From IMG/VR virus record IMGVR_UViG_2671180847_000011: DNA of 20,048 nt. One strand, written 5' to 3'. Shown one piece after another: positions 7,387 to 15,233 of the stretch. The first letter of the stretch is position 1. Each line of letters opens with the position of its first letter. A program made the translations under genes and the position numbers. This DNA comes from a virus. Lineage: Duplodnaviria; Heunggongvirae; Uroviricota; Caudoviricetes. Below the pieces are notes generated by a model. That model was not told where the DNA came from, made no database searches, and worked only from the letters and a program-made list of their open reading frames with translations.

Positions 7387-7692
7387 TCAATAAGCACCGT
7401 ACGGTAGTTTACTGTACAATTTTATTTTTTGGACTGCATGTATTTTGTTTCCTAATGGGTTTGAATCTTTGTAATAAATACTTCTATTTTTTCGAACGAC
7501 TTCTTCTTTCTTCTTGCAGCAAAGGCTTCCTAGCGATGCCGCTTTGTCTGCTCTGACGCAACCAGAGAGCTTTAGCGCAATTTTTCTCGCCAGTGCTTCA
7601 TTACTGCGTCGCTCGGCAATAAGTTCTGCTCTGCGAGCTTTGTAGCGGCTTTTTGCCGTACCTTTGGATTCTTTCCAGACAATGGTTACCAT
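7387..7692 (-). CDS. N: N-type transcription antiterminator with phage-21-type arginine-rich motif
   Basis: Contains GTAKSRYKARRAELIAERR, matching the phage 21 N boxB-binding motif as I remember it; first gene after pL/nutL; start taken at MVTIVWKESK (ATG 7692). Confidence 0.75.
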   Translation of the reverse strand: MVTIVWKESKGTAKSRYKARRAELIAERRSNEALARKIALKLSGCVRADKAASLGSLCCKKKEEVVRKNRSIYYKDSNPLGNKIHAVQKIKLYSKLPYGAY

Positions 7693-7802
7693 GATGGTCT
7701 CCTTTAAGTGGCTTTGGCGCATGACGCGTCGAGGTGCTTATCTTCTCGATCGCTGTCTTGCAGCTGCAATTCGCGCCATCCCCAAAACCACTCAAGTTCT
7801 GG

Positions 7803-7842
7803 TCTCAACGGTTAGGTTGAGAGTCCGTCGATGTTAAAGAGC
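7803..7842 (-). promoter_or_regulatory. nutL (boxA plus boxB)
   Basis: Minus strand reads GCTCTTTAACA (boxA, 7832-7842), then after 9 nt the hairpin tctcaac-ctaacc-gttgaga (boxB, 7803-7822). The same boxA sequence recurs at nutR. Confidence 0.7.
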
Positions 7843-7888
7843 CTGCCAATCTGTTCCGTTTGGCTTCCAGCGTCCTGCTGATGGCTTA

Positions 7889-7917
7889 AATTTAAGACTT
7901 CTTAATTTATTGGTCAA
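7889..7917 (-). promoter_or_regulatory. pL promoter with OL operators
   Basis: Minus strand -35 TTGACC (7912-7917), about 16-17 nt spacer, -10 TTAAAT/TAAATT (about 7889-7895). Operator-like palindrome ATTTAAGACTTCTTAATT at 7890-7907 lies between the -35 and -10; a second partial copy sits upstream near 7925-7945. Confidence 0.5.
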
Positions 7918-7980
7918 GTGCATTTTTGAAGAAAACTTAATTTTATGGGCGTGAATTTAGTTTGTCTTTGATTTTTAACG

Positions 7981-8008
7981 GGAAATAAAAAAGGGGCGAA
8001 AGCCCCTT
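7981..8008 (-). terminator. Rho-independent terminator immediately after the repressor gene
   Basis: Stem aaggggc(7991-7997)/gcccctt(8002-8008), loop gaaa; on the minus strand followed by TTTTTTTATTT. Overlaps the repressor stop codon. Confidence 0.65.
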
Positions 8009-8657
8009 AAGGAAGGTTTGCTAGCTTGGCATCAACGACAACGCCAATGATTTTACAGTTCCCATTGATTTCAATCATTGGGTATTGTGGATTGAGTGGT
8101 TTCAGGAATTTTCTACCGGCATCAATAACTAACTTTTTGAATGTCGCCTCGTTTTCTCCTTCAAGTTTGGCGACTACCAACTTTCCATTACGTGGTTCGA
8201 CTTCTGGGTCGACGAGAATAATCATCCCCTCAGGAATACTCAGTCCTGCCGGGGCAGTCATTGAATCGCCTTTAACGTCGAGCCAAAAAGAGTCTTCAGA
8301 ACAATCTACCGTTGTGTCGTACCAGTTATCTATTGCACGCCTATGATATGGCTCTACAGCTTCCATCCAACATCCTGCGCTTACCCAACTAATTAGAGGA
8401 TACGAACCTCTTGGATCATGCCTGCTGTGATAGGCAATGTTTGAAAGACTATCCTCTCCTTTCAACAGGTAATCAGGGGAGCACTGCAAAGCCTTGGCTA
8501 AGGCCAATAGGTTTTCGCCATTGGGCTCAGTTTCAGATCGCTCCCATTGGGAAATAGCAACATTAGACACGCCAACCATCTTGCCAAGGGCAGCCTGCCT
8601 AATCTTGAGTTCTTTTCTGCGAGCGCGAATACGCTCACCCATCAGTTGTGTATTCAT
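8007..8657 (-). CDS. c2: CI-type repressor (P22 C2-like; HTH plus LexA-like S24 autopeptidase), 216 aa
   Basis: N-terminal XRE-type helix-turn-helix (QAALGKMVGVSNVAISQWER); C-terminal domain with an Ala-Gly site (VSAGCW), Ser (GDSM) and Lys (KLVVAKL). Matches P22 C2 over its length as I remember it. Confidence 0.9.
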   Translation of the reverse strand: MNTQLMGERIRARRKELKIRQAALGKMVGVSNVAISQWERSETEPNGENLLALAKALQCSPDYLLKGEDSLSNIAYHSRHDPRGSYPLISWVSAGCWMEAVEPYHRRAIDNWYDTTVDCSEDSFWLDVKGDSMTAPAGLSIPEGMIILVDPEVEPRNGKLVVAKLEGENEATFKKLVIDAGRKFLKPLNPQYPMIEINGNCKIIGVVVDAKLANLP

Positions 8658-8737
8658 AGTTAAGACATCTTAAATAAACTTGACTTAAGATTCCTTTGGT
8701 GGATAATTTAAGTGTTCTTTAATTTCGGAGCGAGTCT
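8658..8737 (+). promoter_or_regulatory. OR operators with pR (and divergent pRM)
   Basis: pR -35 TTGACT (8690-8695), 16-nt spacer, -10 GATAAT (8712-8717), GGAG RBS before cro. P22-type operator palindromes: AGTTAAGACATCTTAAAT (8658-8675) and ATTTAAGTGTTCTTTAAT (8715-8732, overlapping the -10 and start site). Confidence 0.55.
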
Positions 8738-8923
8738 ATGTACAAAAAAGATGTTATTGACCACTTCGGAACCCAGCGTGCTGTTGCTAAAGCACTAGGC
8801 ATTAGCGATGCAGCAGTCTCTCAGTGGAAAGAAGTTATCCCAGAGAAAGACGCCTATCGATTGGAAATCGTTACAGCTGGCGCCCTGAAGTATCAAGAAA
8901 GTGCTTACCGCCAAGCGGCATAA
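8738..8923 (+). CDS. cro: Cro repressor (P22 Cro-like), 61 aa
   Basis: MYKKDVIDHFGTQRAVAKALGISDAAVSQWKEV... is a small HTH protein divergent from the repressor gene; near-identical to P22 Cro from memory. Confidence 0.85.
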   Translation: MYKKDVIDHFGTQRAVAKALGISDAAVSQWKEVIPEKDAYRLEIVTAGALKYQESAYRQAA

Positions 8924-8930
8924 GCAAATT

Positions 8931-8970
8931 GCTCTTTAACAGTTCTGGCCTTTCACCTCTAACCGGGTGA
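8931..8970 (+). promoter_or_regulatory. nutR (boxA plus boxB)
   Basis: GCTCTTTAACA (8931-8941) followed by the hairpin tcacc-tctaaccg-ggtga (8953-8970); same boxA as nutL and a shared CTAACC loop motif. Confidence 0.7.
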
Positions 8971-9038
8971 GCAAACATCAGCGGCAAATCCATTGGGTGT
9001 GCCGCTATAACTCAATATCAATATAGGAAAATTAACAA

Positions 9039-9335
9039 ATGGCACAAGCAAGCTACAGCAAGCCAACACAGCGAGAAATTGATCGCGCTGAAACTGATTT
9101 ACTCATCAACCTGTCAACGCTTACCCAGCGCGGTCTGGCAAAGATGATTGGCTGTCATGAATCGAAGATAAGCAGAACGGACTGGAGATTTATTGCTTCG
9201 GTCTTGTGTGCTTTCGGAATGGCATCAGACATCAGTCCGATTAGCAGGGCTTTTAAGTATGCGCTTGATGAAATCACAAAGAAAAAATCCCCGGCCGCCA
9301 CCGAGGATTTTAAGCAAATTGATATGCAATTCTGA
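9039..9335 (+). CDS. cII: CII-like transcriptional activator (P22 C1-like), 98 aa
   Basis: Homologous to lambda CII in my recollection, including the C-terminal [18 protein letters not shown] (lambda: KKRPAATERSEQIQMEF); sits after cro/nutR. Confidence 0.8.
   Translation: MAQASYSKPTQREIDRAETDLLINLSTLTQRGLAKMIGCHESKISRTDWRFIASVLCAFGMASDISPISRAFKYALDEITKKKSPAATEDFKQIDMQF
9048..9061 (-). promoter_or_regulatory. CII-binding direct repeat TTGC-N6-TTGC (pRE-like)
   Basis: Minus strand reads TTGCtgtagcTTGC inside the 5' end of cII, the same location and orientation as lambda pRE. Confidence 0.45.
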
Positions 9336-9367
9336 GGGAATTACTGGATCAATCCACAGGAGTAATT

Positions 9368-9514
9368 ATGACAAAACAACTCAGTCCTTACCAGGACAAA
9401 ATTCACAAACACATACTACGTGATCGCTTCCTGTCCAGCTTCAAGCAGCCTGGTCGATTCCGGGCTGAGTTGGAAAAAGTGAAGCTGATGCAGAAGGAGA
9501 AAGGTCATGAGTAA
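9368..9514 (+). CDS. Small ORF between cII and O, 48 aa (position matches P22 orf48)
   Basis: My own translation ([48 protein letters not shown]); AGGAG RBS 5-6 nt upstream; its 3' end overlaps the O start. Confidence 0.45.
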   Translation: MTKQLSPYQDKIHKHILRDRFLSSFKQPGRFRAELEKVKLMQKEKGHE

Positions 9515-10367
9515 TCTTGCAACCGTAACACATTTAAGGCCTTCACAACGGCCTGTGGAGCGTCGTGTGGCAGAAGTTGAAGATGGTTATACCCGTCTTG
9601 CAAATGCCCTGTATGAAGAGCTTATCGGCGCAGATTTAACGAAAAATCAGAGCAAGGTTGCCCACGCCATATGCCGTAAAACATACGGCTACGGTAAAAA
9701 GATGGATCGCATCTCTGATAGTCAGTTAGCTCAAATTACCAGGCTGCCAAGACAGAAGGTAAACAAGGCCAAGAATGAGCTTATCGCGATGAAGGTTATC
9801 CTTCGCGAAGGCCAGCAAATCGGGCCTAACAAGAACATCGAGGAATGGCAAATAGAAGGGTGTCACTACTCTGGTGATAATGTCACTGCATTGGTGACAA
9901 AAAGTGTCACCAAAACGGTGACAGCGCTGTCACCAAAACAGGGACACACAAAAGAAACTATTACAAAAGAAAAAAGAAATAATAAAAACACTATGTCCGA
10001 AAGTGTTCGGACGGAGTGTGAAAAATCACATGACCGTCACGAAGAAACCGACAAGGCATTCGAGGAAATATTCTGGTGTGCAGGCATGCGGAAAGCCGGG
10101 AAGAAAAACGCAGCTTCGGCATTCAGAACACAGTTCAGGGAATGGCGTAAAACTACCAGGGGTACGGCAAGCGAGTTTGCCACGATGCTGGCAGAAGACA
10201 TCGCATGCAGGAATGGTAAGCAGTTCGGATTCGACAGGTTGTTACCATCGAGCTACCTGAACGGTCAACGCTGGAACGACGAGAAGCCAGAAACTATTCA
10301 ACCACAATCCAAACCATCATCCGCAATCACCGTATCGAAAACTGGCTACGTGTTTTTCGACAGGTGA
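9507..10367 (+). CDS. O: Replication initiator, lambda O-like, 286 aa
   Basis: N-terminal domain alignable to lambda O ([14 protein letters not shown]...[11 protein letters not shown]...[25 protein letters not shown]); the origin iterons lie inside the gene. Confidence 0.85.
   Translation: MSNLATVTHLRPSQRPVERRVAEVEDGYTRLANALYEELIGADLTKNQSKVAHAICRKTYGYGKKMDRISDSQLAQITRLPRQKVNKAKNELIAMKVILREGQQIGPNKNIEEWQIEGCHYSGDNVTALVTKSVTKTVTALSPKQGHTKETITKEKRNNKNTMSESVRTECEKSHDRHEETDKAFEEIFWCAGMRKAGKKNAASAFRTQFREWRKTTRGTASEFATMLAEDIACRNGKQFGFDRLLPSSYLNGQRWNDEKPETIQPQSKPSSAITVSKTGYVFFDR
9861..9990 (+). repeat. Replication origin: four 19-bp iterons plus A+T-rich region
   Basis: Iterons TGTCAC-N7-(G)GTGACA/GGGACA starting at 9861, 9881, 9905 and 9928, each an internal inverted repeat, followed by an A/T-rich stretch at about 9951-9990. 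Same architecture as ori-lambda within O. Confidence 0.65.
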
Positions 10368-10370
10368 ACC

Positions 10371-10478
10371 ATGAAATCAAAAATCAAATCGCTACTGGTC
10401 GCTGGTTATAACCACGGCTGGTTAAGTATTTCGTTTGTCGATTTCTGGTTTAAAAATCTCAATCTGAGGGAATCATGA
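10371..10478 (+). CDS. Small ORF between O and the helicase gene, 35 aa
   Basis: My own translation (MKSKIKSLLVAGYNHGWLSISFVDFWFKNLNLRES); AGGTGA upstream; stop overlaps the helicase ATG (ATGA). May instead be a non-coding linker. Confidence 0.3.
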   Translation: MKSKIKSLLVAGYNHGWLSISFVDFWFKNLNLRES

Positions 10479-12355
10479 CGCCAAGTGAACTTAGCGACCT
10501 GCTTTGGGCGCAGGTTGACAGGGTGGCTCCGCACCTGTTGCCAAACGGCAAGAAAGAGGGGCATGAGTGGGTTGCCGGTAACGTCAATGGTGACAAGGGA
10601 AACAGCCTTAAGGTCAACCTTAGCGGCAAGAAAAAATGGGCTGATTTCGCTGAGGGAGACGGCGGTGACATGCTTGATTTGTGGATGGCATGTCGTGGAA
10701 TTAACCTGCATCAGGCTATGCAGGAAGCGAAAGCATTTCTCGGTATCAAGGATGACGATCACCATTTCGATGCCAAACGTGAGAAAAAATTCTCCAGACC
10801 TGATCGCAAGAAAATCGCCCGCTACGTTACCAGAACAGAATCCCATCTTGAGTACCTGCAATCGCGTGGCATATCGCCAGAAGTCGTAAAGCGCTACGAG
10901 GTTGTCAGCGGCAAGGTGTGGAATGGAGAACGAGAACTTGATGCACTGGTGCTTCCGTACAAACGCGATGGTGAGTTGTTGCAGGTCAAGCGAATCAGCA
11001 CTGAGCGCCCGGACGGGAAGAAAGTCATTATGGCAGAAGGTGATTGCGAACCTTGTCTGTTCGGATGGCAGGCTCTGGACGCTGGCGTAAGGGCGGTTGT
11101 ACTTTGCGAAGGCGAAATTGATTGTATGAGCTATGCGCAATACGGCATCTCGGCGTTATCCGTGCCGTTTGGTGGCGGGAAAGGCGCTAAGCAACAGTGG
11201 ATTGAGTTTGAGTATCACAACCTCGACAGGTTTGAGGAAATATTCATCTCGATGGACGTTGATGATGTTGGTCGTGAAGCCGCAAGGGAAATCGCAAGCC
11301 GACTCGGTGAACATCGTTGCCGTCTTGTTACTCTGCCGTACAAAGACATCAACGAATGCCTGATGAACGGTGTTACCGAGGATGAAATCTGGCAGTACAT
11401 CGGCACGGCATCCTACTTCGATCCTGAAGAACTCTACAGCGCGCGAGAGTTTTACCAGGACACTATCAACGCTTTCTACGGCAAGCAGCAGTATCTGTTT
11501 AATCCACCGTGGGAATCTCTGGCAGATAAATTCCAGTTCCGTGAGGCCGAGTTGACGCTGGTCAATGGTGTGAACGGTCACGGAAAAACGGAGGTTGTCG
11601 GGCATATGGCACTTGAGGCAATGCGTCAGGGTGTGAAGACATGCATCGCGTCACTTGAGCTGAAGCCTGGTATTCTCCTTAAGCGCCTTACCCGTCAGGC
11701 GACGTGCTGCAAGATGCCGCCAGTGCTGGAAATTGACTCTGCATTTAAATTTTATGACGAAAGACTTTGGGTGTTTGGCCTGACCGGAACGGCGAAAGCC
11801 GATAGGCTGATCGAAATATTCGACTACGCTCGCCGCCGATACGGGATCCAGTTATTCATCATCGACAGCCTGATGAAATGTGGCATAGGCGACGATGACT
11901 ATAACGGGCAGAAGGCGTTTGTTGACTCGATTTGCGACTTCAAAAACAAAACAAACTCCCACGTCATTCTCGTTACTCACTCCAGAAAAGGAGACAGCGA
12001 AGAAAAACCAACCGGGAAAATGGACGTAAAAGGCTCTGGAGCGATAACAGACCTGACAGACAACCTTTTCATCATCTGGCGTAACAAGGCTCGCGAGAGA
12101 GCGTTACAGAGGGTTCAGAGTGGTGAAAAGATGTCAGAGAAGGACGAACAGCTACTGGCATCTCCGGCATCTGTTTTGATGCTTGAAAAACAACGTAACG
12201 GCGAAGGTTGGGAAGGTGGTGTCCCGTTGTTCCTTGACGAGCAATCGCACCAGTTCCTGCAACTTGAATCAGGATCGCCATATAGCTACATCGCCAATAT
12301 GCCGAAATCGGAATATGACGAGGCGTGGCGACAGGAAAACGTGACGGAGTATTAA
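10475..12355 (+). CDS. Bifunctional primase-helicase (Toprim domain plus DnaB-like ATPase), 626 aa
   Basis: Toprim-like acidic motifs (VLCEGEIDCMSYAQ; DVDDVGREAA) in the N-terminal half; Walker A GVNGHGKT and Walker B LFIIDSLMK in the C-terminal half. Occupies the lambda P position. Confidence 0.8.
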   Translation: MTPSELSDLLWAQVDRVAPHLLPNGKKEGHEWVAGNVNGDKGNSLKVNLSGKKKWADFAEGDGGDMLDLWMACRGINLHQAMQEAKAFLGIKDDDHHFDAKREKKFSRPDRKKIARYVTRTESHLEYLQSRGISPEVVKRYEVVSGKVWNGERELDALVLPYKRDGELLQVKRISTERPDGKKVIMAEGDCEPCLFGWQALDAGVRAVVLCEGEIDCMSYAQYGISALSVPFGGGKGAKQQWIEFEYHNLDRFEEIFISMDVDDVGREAAREIASRLGEHRCRLVTLPYKDINECLMNGVTEDEIWQYIGTASYFDPEELYSAREFYQDTINAFYGKQQYLFNPPWESLADKFQFREAELTLVNGVNGHGKTEVVGHMALEAMRQGVKTCIASLELKPGILLKRLTRQATCCKMPPVLEIDSAFKFYDERLWVFGLTGTAKADRLIEIFDYARRRYGIQLFIIDSLMKCGIGDDDYNGQKAFVDSICDFKNKTNSHVILVTHSRKGDSEEKPTGKMDVKGSGAITDLTDNLFIIWRNKARERALQRVQSGEKMSEKDEQLLASPASVLMLEKQRNGEGWEGGVPLFLDEQSHQFLQLESGSPYSYIANMPKSEYDEAWRQENVTEY

Positions 12356-12384
12356 ATGACCATCTACATCACTGAGCTAATAAC

Positions 12385-12417
12385 AGGCCTGCTGGTAATC
12401 GCAGGCCTTTTTATTTG
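12385..12417 (+). terminator. Rho-independent terminator (tR2-like) after the replication genes
   Basis: Stem aggcctgc(12385-12392)/gcaggcct(12401-12408), 8-nt loop, then TTTTATTTG. Confidence 0.6.
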
Positions 12418-12431
12418 GGGGAGAGTAAATC

Positions 12432-12638
12432 GTGGCTGAGTTTATGCTCGTCGCATTCAAATGCGTTGGCGTTGGATGGATTCTTCTGACGTTTTTTATT
12501 GTTCTGCATAGCTACATTCGTCTTGTTAATGACGGTAAAGACCCATGGTATACGTTGTTTGGCGCTGCATTTGTCTGGGTGATTATCGGTGTTATGCCTG
12601 TCGCTGTAGCAAAAATGGCGTGGCGTTTTGTGAGTTGA
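12432..12638 (+). CDS. Small membrane protein, 68 aa
   Basis: GTG start with GGGGGAGAG RBS; two hydrophobic helices (VAFKCVGVGWILLTFFIVL; LFGAAFVWVIIGVMPVAVA). Confidence 0.5.
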   Translation: MAEFMLVAFKCVGVGWILLTFFIVLHSYIRLVNDGKDPWYTLFGAAFVWVIIGVMPVAVAKMAWRFVS

Positions 12639-12655
12639 ACTGAGGGTAAGTATCG

Positions 12656-12913
12656 ATGGACGAATCAAGAAAGCAGTTTGAGGCGTGGTTCAAATCAGAT
12701 TATCACCCAGACAAGGTAGGGCCATATATCAAAGATATTTTGTTCTTTTCGTGGCAGGCATCGCGAGCAGCTATCGAGATTGAGTGTCTTGGAAAAAGAG
12801 AGCGTGAGGCATTTTCTACCGATTTCGAGGATGGGGTCACATTTGGTTATAACGACGCAATTAGTGAATGCGAAGGACGGATTCGCGCTGCTGGAGTCAA
12901 AGTGAAGGAGTGA
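12656..12913 (+). CDS. Hypothetical nin-region protein, 85 aa
   Basis: ORF with GAGGGTAAG RBS; no family recognised. Confidence 0.55.
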   Translation: MDESRKQFEAWFKSDYHPDKVGPYIKDILFFSWQASRAAIEIECLGKREREAFSTDFEDGVTFGYNDAISECEGRIRAAGVKVKE

Positions 12914-12915
12914 GT

Positions 12916-13101
12916 ATGAGTCGACGAAGTAGCTTTTTGGGGTTTGTAATATTCCTGTTCTGCACTGGTTACATCGTAATCTGGTCAATTTCGAACATTG
13001 ACCGTGGCGTGGCATATCTCATTGTAATGTTCTTTCCTTTGTTTCTTGGGTGGTACGCCGCAAGGTTGCTGGAAGAATGGGGTTACAGGCATAAAAAATA
13101 A
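12916..13101 (+). CDS. Small membrane protein, 61 aa
   Basis: ATG at 12916 preceded by AAGGAG at 5-nt spacing; hydrophobic segments (FLGFVIFLFCTGYIVIW; AYLIVMFFPLFLGWYAA). The track ORF starts earlier (12868) in the overlap with the previous gene. Confidence 0.45.
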   Translation: MSRRSSFLGFVIFLFCTGYIVIWSISNIDRGVAYLIVMFFPLFLGWYAARLLEEWGYRHKK

Positions 13102-13112
13102 AGGAGTATTCA

Positions 13113-13523
13113 GTGAAGCAAACAATCTTCCTCCGAACTAAGCAACAACAGCAAGCTGCAATAAATGCCATCCTCGCAACACCACTCGATAAAGACAAGC
13201 CAGTCACCATCCGCATTATTGACTACAAGCGCAACCTTGATCAGAACGCAAAATTTCACGCGATGCTGGCGGATATCGCACGTCAGGTTCAATGGTGCGG
13301 CAAATGGTTAAAACCGGAACAATGGAAGGTTTTGTTGATCAGCGGTCATGCAGTGGCAACAAAACAGGAAGCTGATGTTTTGCCAGGCCTTGAAGGCGAA
13401 TACGTCAACATTCGCGAAAGCAGCGCGCAGATGAGCGTGAAGCGTATGGCAAGTCTGATTGAGTACACGACAGCATGGGCTATTGGTCAGGGTGTCAGAT
13501 TTACCGACAGGAGGTACGAATGA
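13113..13523 (+). CDS. ninB: NinB (Orf-family recombination mediator), 136 aa
   Basis: GTG start with AAGGAG RBS; alignable to lambda NinB from memory ([25 protein letters not shown]). Confidence 0.8.
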   Translation: MKQTIFLRTKQQQQAAINAILATPLDKDKPVTIRIIDYKRNLDQNAKFHAMLADIARQVQWCGKWLKPEQWKVLLISGHAVATKQEADVLPGLEGEYVNIRESSAQMSVKRMASLIEYTTAWAIGQGVRFTDRRYE

Positions 13524-13702
13524 GACGACAGCGACGAAGTATCACCGACATCATCTGCGAAAACTGCAAATACCTTCCAACGAAACGCTCCAGAAATAAA
13601 CGCAAGCCAATCCCAAAAGAATCTGACGTAAAAACCTTCAACTACACGGCTCACCTGTGGGATATCCGGTGGCTAAGACATCGTGCGAGGAATACAAGGT
13701 GA
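13520..13702 (+). CDS. ninE: NinE-like protein, 60 aa
   Basis: [60 protein letters not shown] matches lambdoid NinE as I remember it; ATG overlaps the ninB stop (ATGA). Confidence 0.7.
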   Translation: MRRQRRSITDIICENCKYLPTKRSRNKRKPIPKESDVKTFNYTAHLWDIRWLRHRARNTR

Positions 13703-13869
13703 TTGACCCAAATCGAAGTTACGAACAAGAAAGCGTCGAGCGGGCTTTAACGTGCGCTAACTGCGGTCAGAAGCTGCATGTGCTGGAAGTTCATGTGTGT
13801 GAGCACTGCTGCGCAGAACTGATGAGCGATCCGAATAGCTCAATGTACGAGAAAGAAGACGATGAATGA
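13699..13869 (+). CDS. ninF: NinF-like protein, 56 aa
   Basis: GTG start overlapping the ninE stop; ...[46 protein letters not shown] matches lambda NinF from memory. Confidence 0.6.
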   Translation: MIDPNRSYEQESVERALTCANCGQKLHVLEVHVCEHCCAELMSDPNSSMYEKEDDE

Positions 13870-14584
13870 GTTAATAAATGGCAATGCCATCAAAATGACA
13901 AGCATTGAAATCGCTGAGTTGGTTGGTAAGCGTCATGACAATGTGAAACGTACCATCGAAACGCTGGCTAAAAATGGTGTTATCCGGCTTCCTCAAATTG
14001 AGGATTGTGGAAGAATCAATGGGTTAGGCTTAAATCAAAGTTTTTGTGTGTATGTATTCGAAGGCGAACAAGGAAAGCGAGACAGTATTGTCGTTGTTGC
14101 CCAGTTGTCGCCAGAGTTCACCGCTCGCCTTGTTGACCGTTGGCGAGAGCTTGAAGAAGCTGCGGTTAATATCCCCAAAACGCTACCGGAAGCGTTGCGC
14201 CTTGCTGCTGACCTTGCTGAGCAGAAAATGCAACTGGAAAACCAGCTCGCAATTGCCGCACCTAAAGTTGAGTTTGCCGATCGCGTTGGCGAGGCCAGCG
14301 GAATTTTGATTGGAAACTTTGCAAAGGTTGTTGGAATTGGTCCAAACAAACTGTTTGCGTGGATGCGCGATCACAAAATCCTTATTGCTTCAGGTTCCCG
14401 GCGAAATGTGCCAATGCAGGAATATATGGAGCGCGGCTATTTCACAGTGAAAGAAACAGCGGTCAACACAAATCACGGAATACAGATATCGTTCACCACA
14501 AAAATCACCGGGCGTGGTCAACAGTGGCTGACCAGAAAGCTGCTCGATAACGGAATGCTGAAAGTAACAGGGGAGGCTGCTTAA
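13862..14584 (+). CDS. Rha / KilA-C family phage regulatory protein (antirepressor-like), 240 aa
   Basis: N-terminal Rha-type region (IEIAELVGKRHDNVKRTIETL) and C-terminal KilA-C/ANT-like region; occupies the lambda ninG slot. Confidence 0.75.
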   Translation: MNELINGNAIKMTSIEIAELVGKRHDNVKRTIETLAKNGVIRLPQIEDCGRINGLGLNQSFCVYVFEGEQGKRDSIVVVAQLSPEFTARLVDRWRELEEAAVNIPKTLPEALRLAADLAEQKMQLENQLAIAAPKVEFADRVGEASGILIGNFAKVVGIGPNKLFAWMRDHKILIASGSRRNVPMQEYMERGYFTVKETAVNTNHGIQISFTTKITGRGQQWLTRKLLDNGMLKVTGEAA

Positions 14585-14874
14585 TGGCTAATCTACGCAA
14601 AGAAGCACGCGGCAGAGAATGCCAGGTACGTATTTACGGCGTATGCAATGGTAATCCTGAAACTACAGTTCTGGCACATTACCGGATGGCTGGAATTTGT
14701 GGAACGGGGATGAAGCCTGACGACCTGATCGGCGCATGGGCTTGTTGCGCGTGTCACGATGAAATCGACCGACGCACCCATAACCTCGACAACAAAGACG
14801 CCAGACTTTACCACCTCGAAGGCGTGATCAGGACGCAGGCGATACTGCTGAAGGAGGGGAAGATTAAGTCATGA
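14584..14874 (+). CDS. DUF1364 (YbcO-like) protein, 96 aa
   Basis: MANLRKEARGRECQVRIYGVCNGNPETTVLAHYR...CCACHDEIDRR resembles DLP12 YbcO with conserved Cys/His; start overlaps the upstream stop. Confidence 0.75.
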   Translation: MANLRKEARGRECQVRIYGVCNGNPETTVLAHYRMAGICGTGMKPDDLIGAWACCACHDEIDRRTHNLDNKDARLYHLEGVIRTQAILLKEGKIKS

Positions 14875-15233
14875 ACGAATATCAGTTTGTGCTTCCATAC
14901 CCGCCGTCGGTGAATACCTACTGGCGAAGACGGGGAAGCCAATACTACATCAGCGATAAAGGCCAGAAATACCGAAAAGACGTTCAGCAAATCATCCGCC
15001 AACTTAAGTTAGACATTTTCACCAAATCACGACTCCGCATCAAAGTCATCGCAGACGTTCCAGACTCCCGCCGCCGAGACCTCGATAACATCCTGAAAGG
15101 TTTACTCGACTCCCTTATCCACGCCGGATTTGCGGAAGACGACGAGCAATTCGATGACATTCGCGTAATTCGTGGTGTGAAAGTACCAGGCGGACGGCTT
15201 GGAATAAAAATCACCGAACTGGAGAACGTATGA
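14871..15233 (+). CDS. rusA: RusA Holliday-junction resolvase, 120 aa
   Basis: Strong match to the RusA family (LPYPPSVNTYWRRRG...DSRRRDLDNILKGLLDSL...GGRLGIKITE). Confidence 0.85.
   Translation: MNEYQFVLPYPPSVNTYWRRRGSQYYISDKGQKYRKDVQQIIRQLKLDIFTKSRLRIKVIADVPDSRRRDLDNILKGLLDSLIHAGFAEDDEQFDDIRVIRGVKVPGGRLGIKITELENV

Noticed and set aside
7601-7795. 64-aa minus-strand ORF
   Set aside because: Alternate frame overlapping the N gene and extending into the nutL leader; no RBS and no protein-like features.
9280-9300. Possible oop-like antisense terminator at the 3' end of cII
   Set aside because: A GC-rich block followed by T6 on the minus strand, but I could not find a convincing stem; too weak to call.
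9861-9946. Regularly spaced 19-bp repeats that could suggest a CRISPR-like array
   Set aside because: Only four copies, each an internal inverted repeat, inside the O-like gene and followed by an A/T-rich block: replication-origin iterons, not CRISPR.
10406-11140. 244-aa ORF on the minus strand
   Set aside because: Lies wholly antisense to the primase-helicase gene, which has clear catalytic motifs; the product is Leu/Ser/Arg-rich with no RBS context, typical of a shadow ORF.
12356-12439. 27-codon ORF immediately after the helicase gene
   Set aside because: Its sequence is almost entirely the stem-loop and T-run of the terminator at 12385-12417; more likely a structured 3' UTR than a gene.
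14035-14374. Minus-strand ORFs of 104 and 63 aa, and plus-strand ORFs 14046-14309 and 14359-14550
   Set aside because: All lie inside the Rha/KilA-C gene in other frames or antisense; shadow ORFs.
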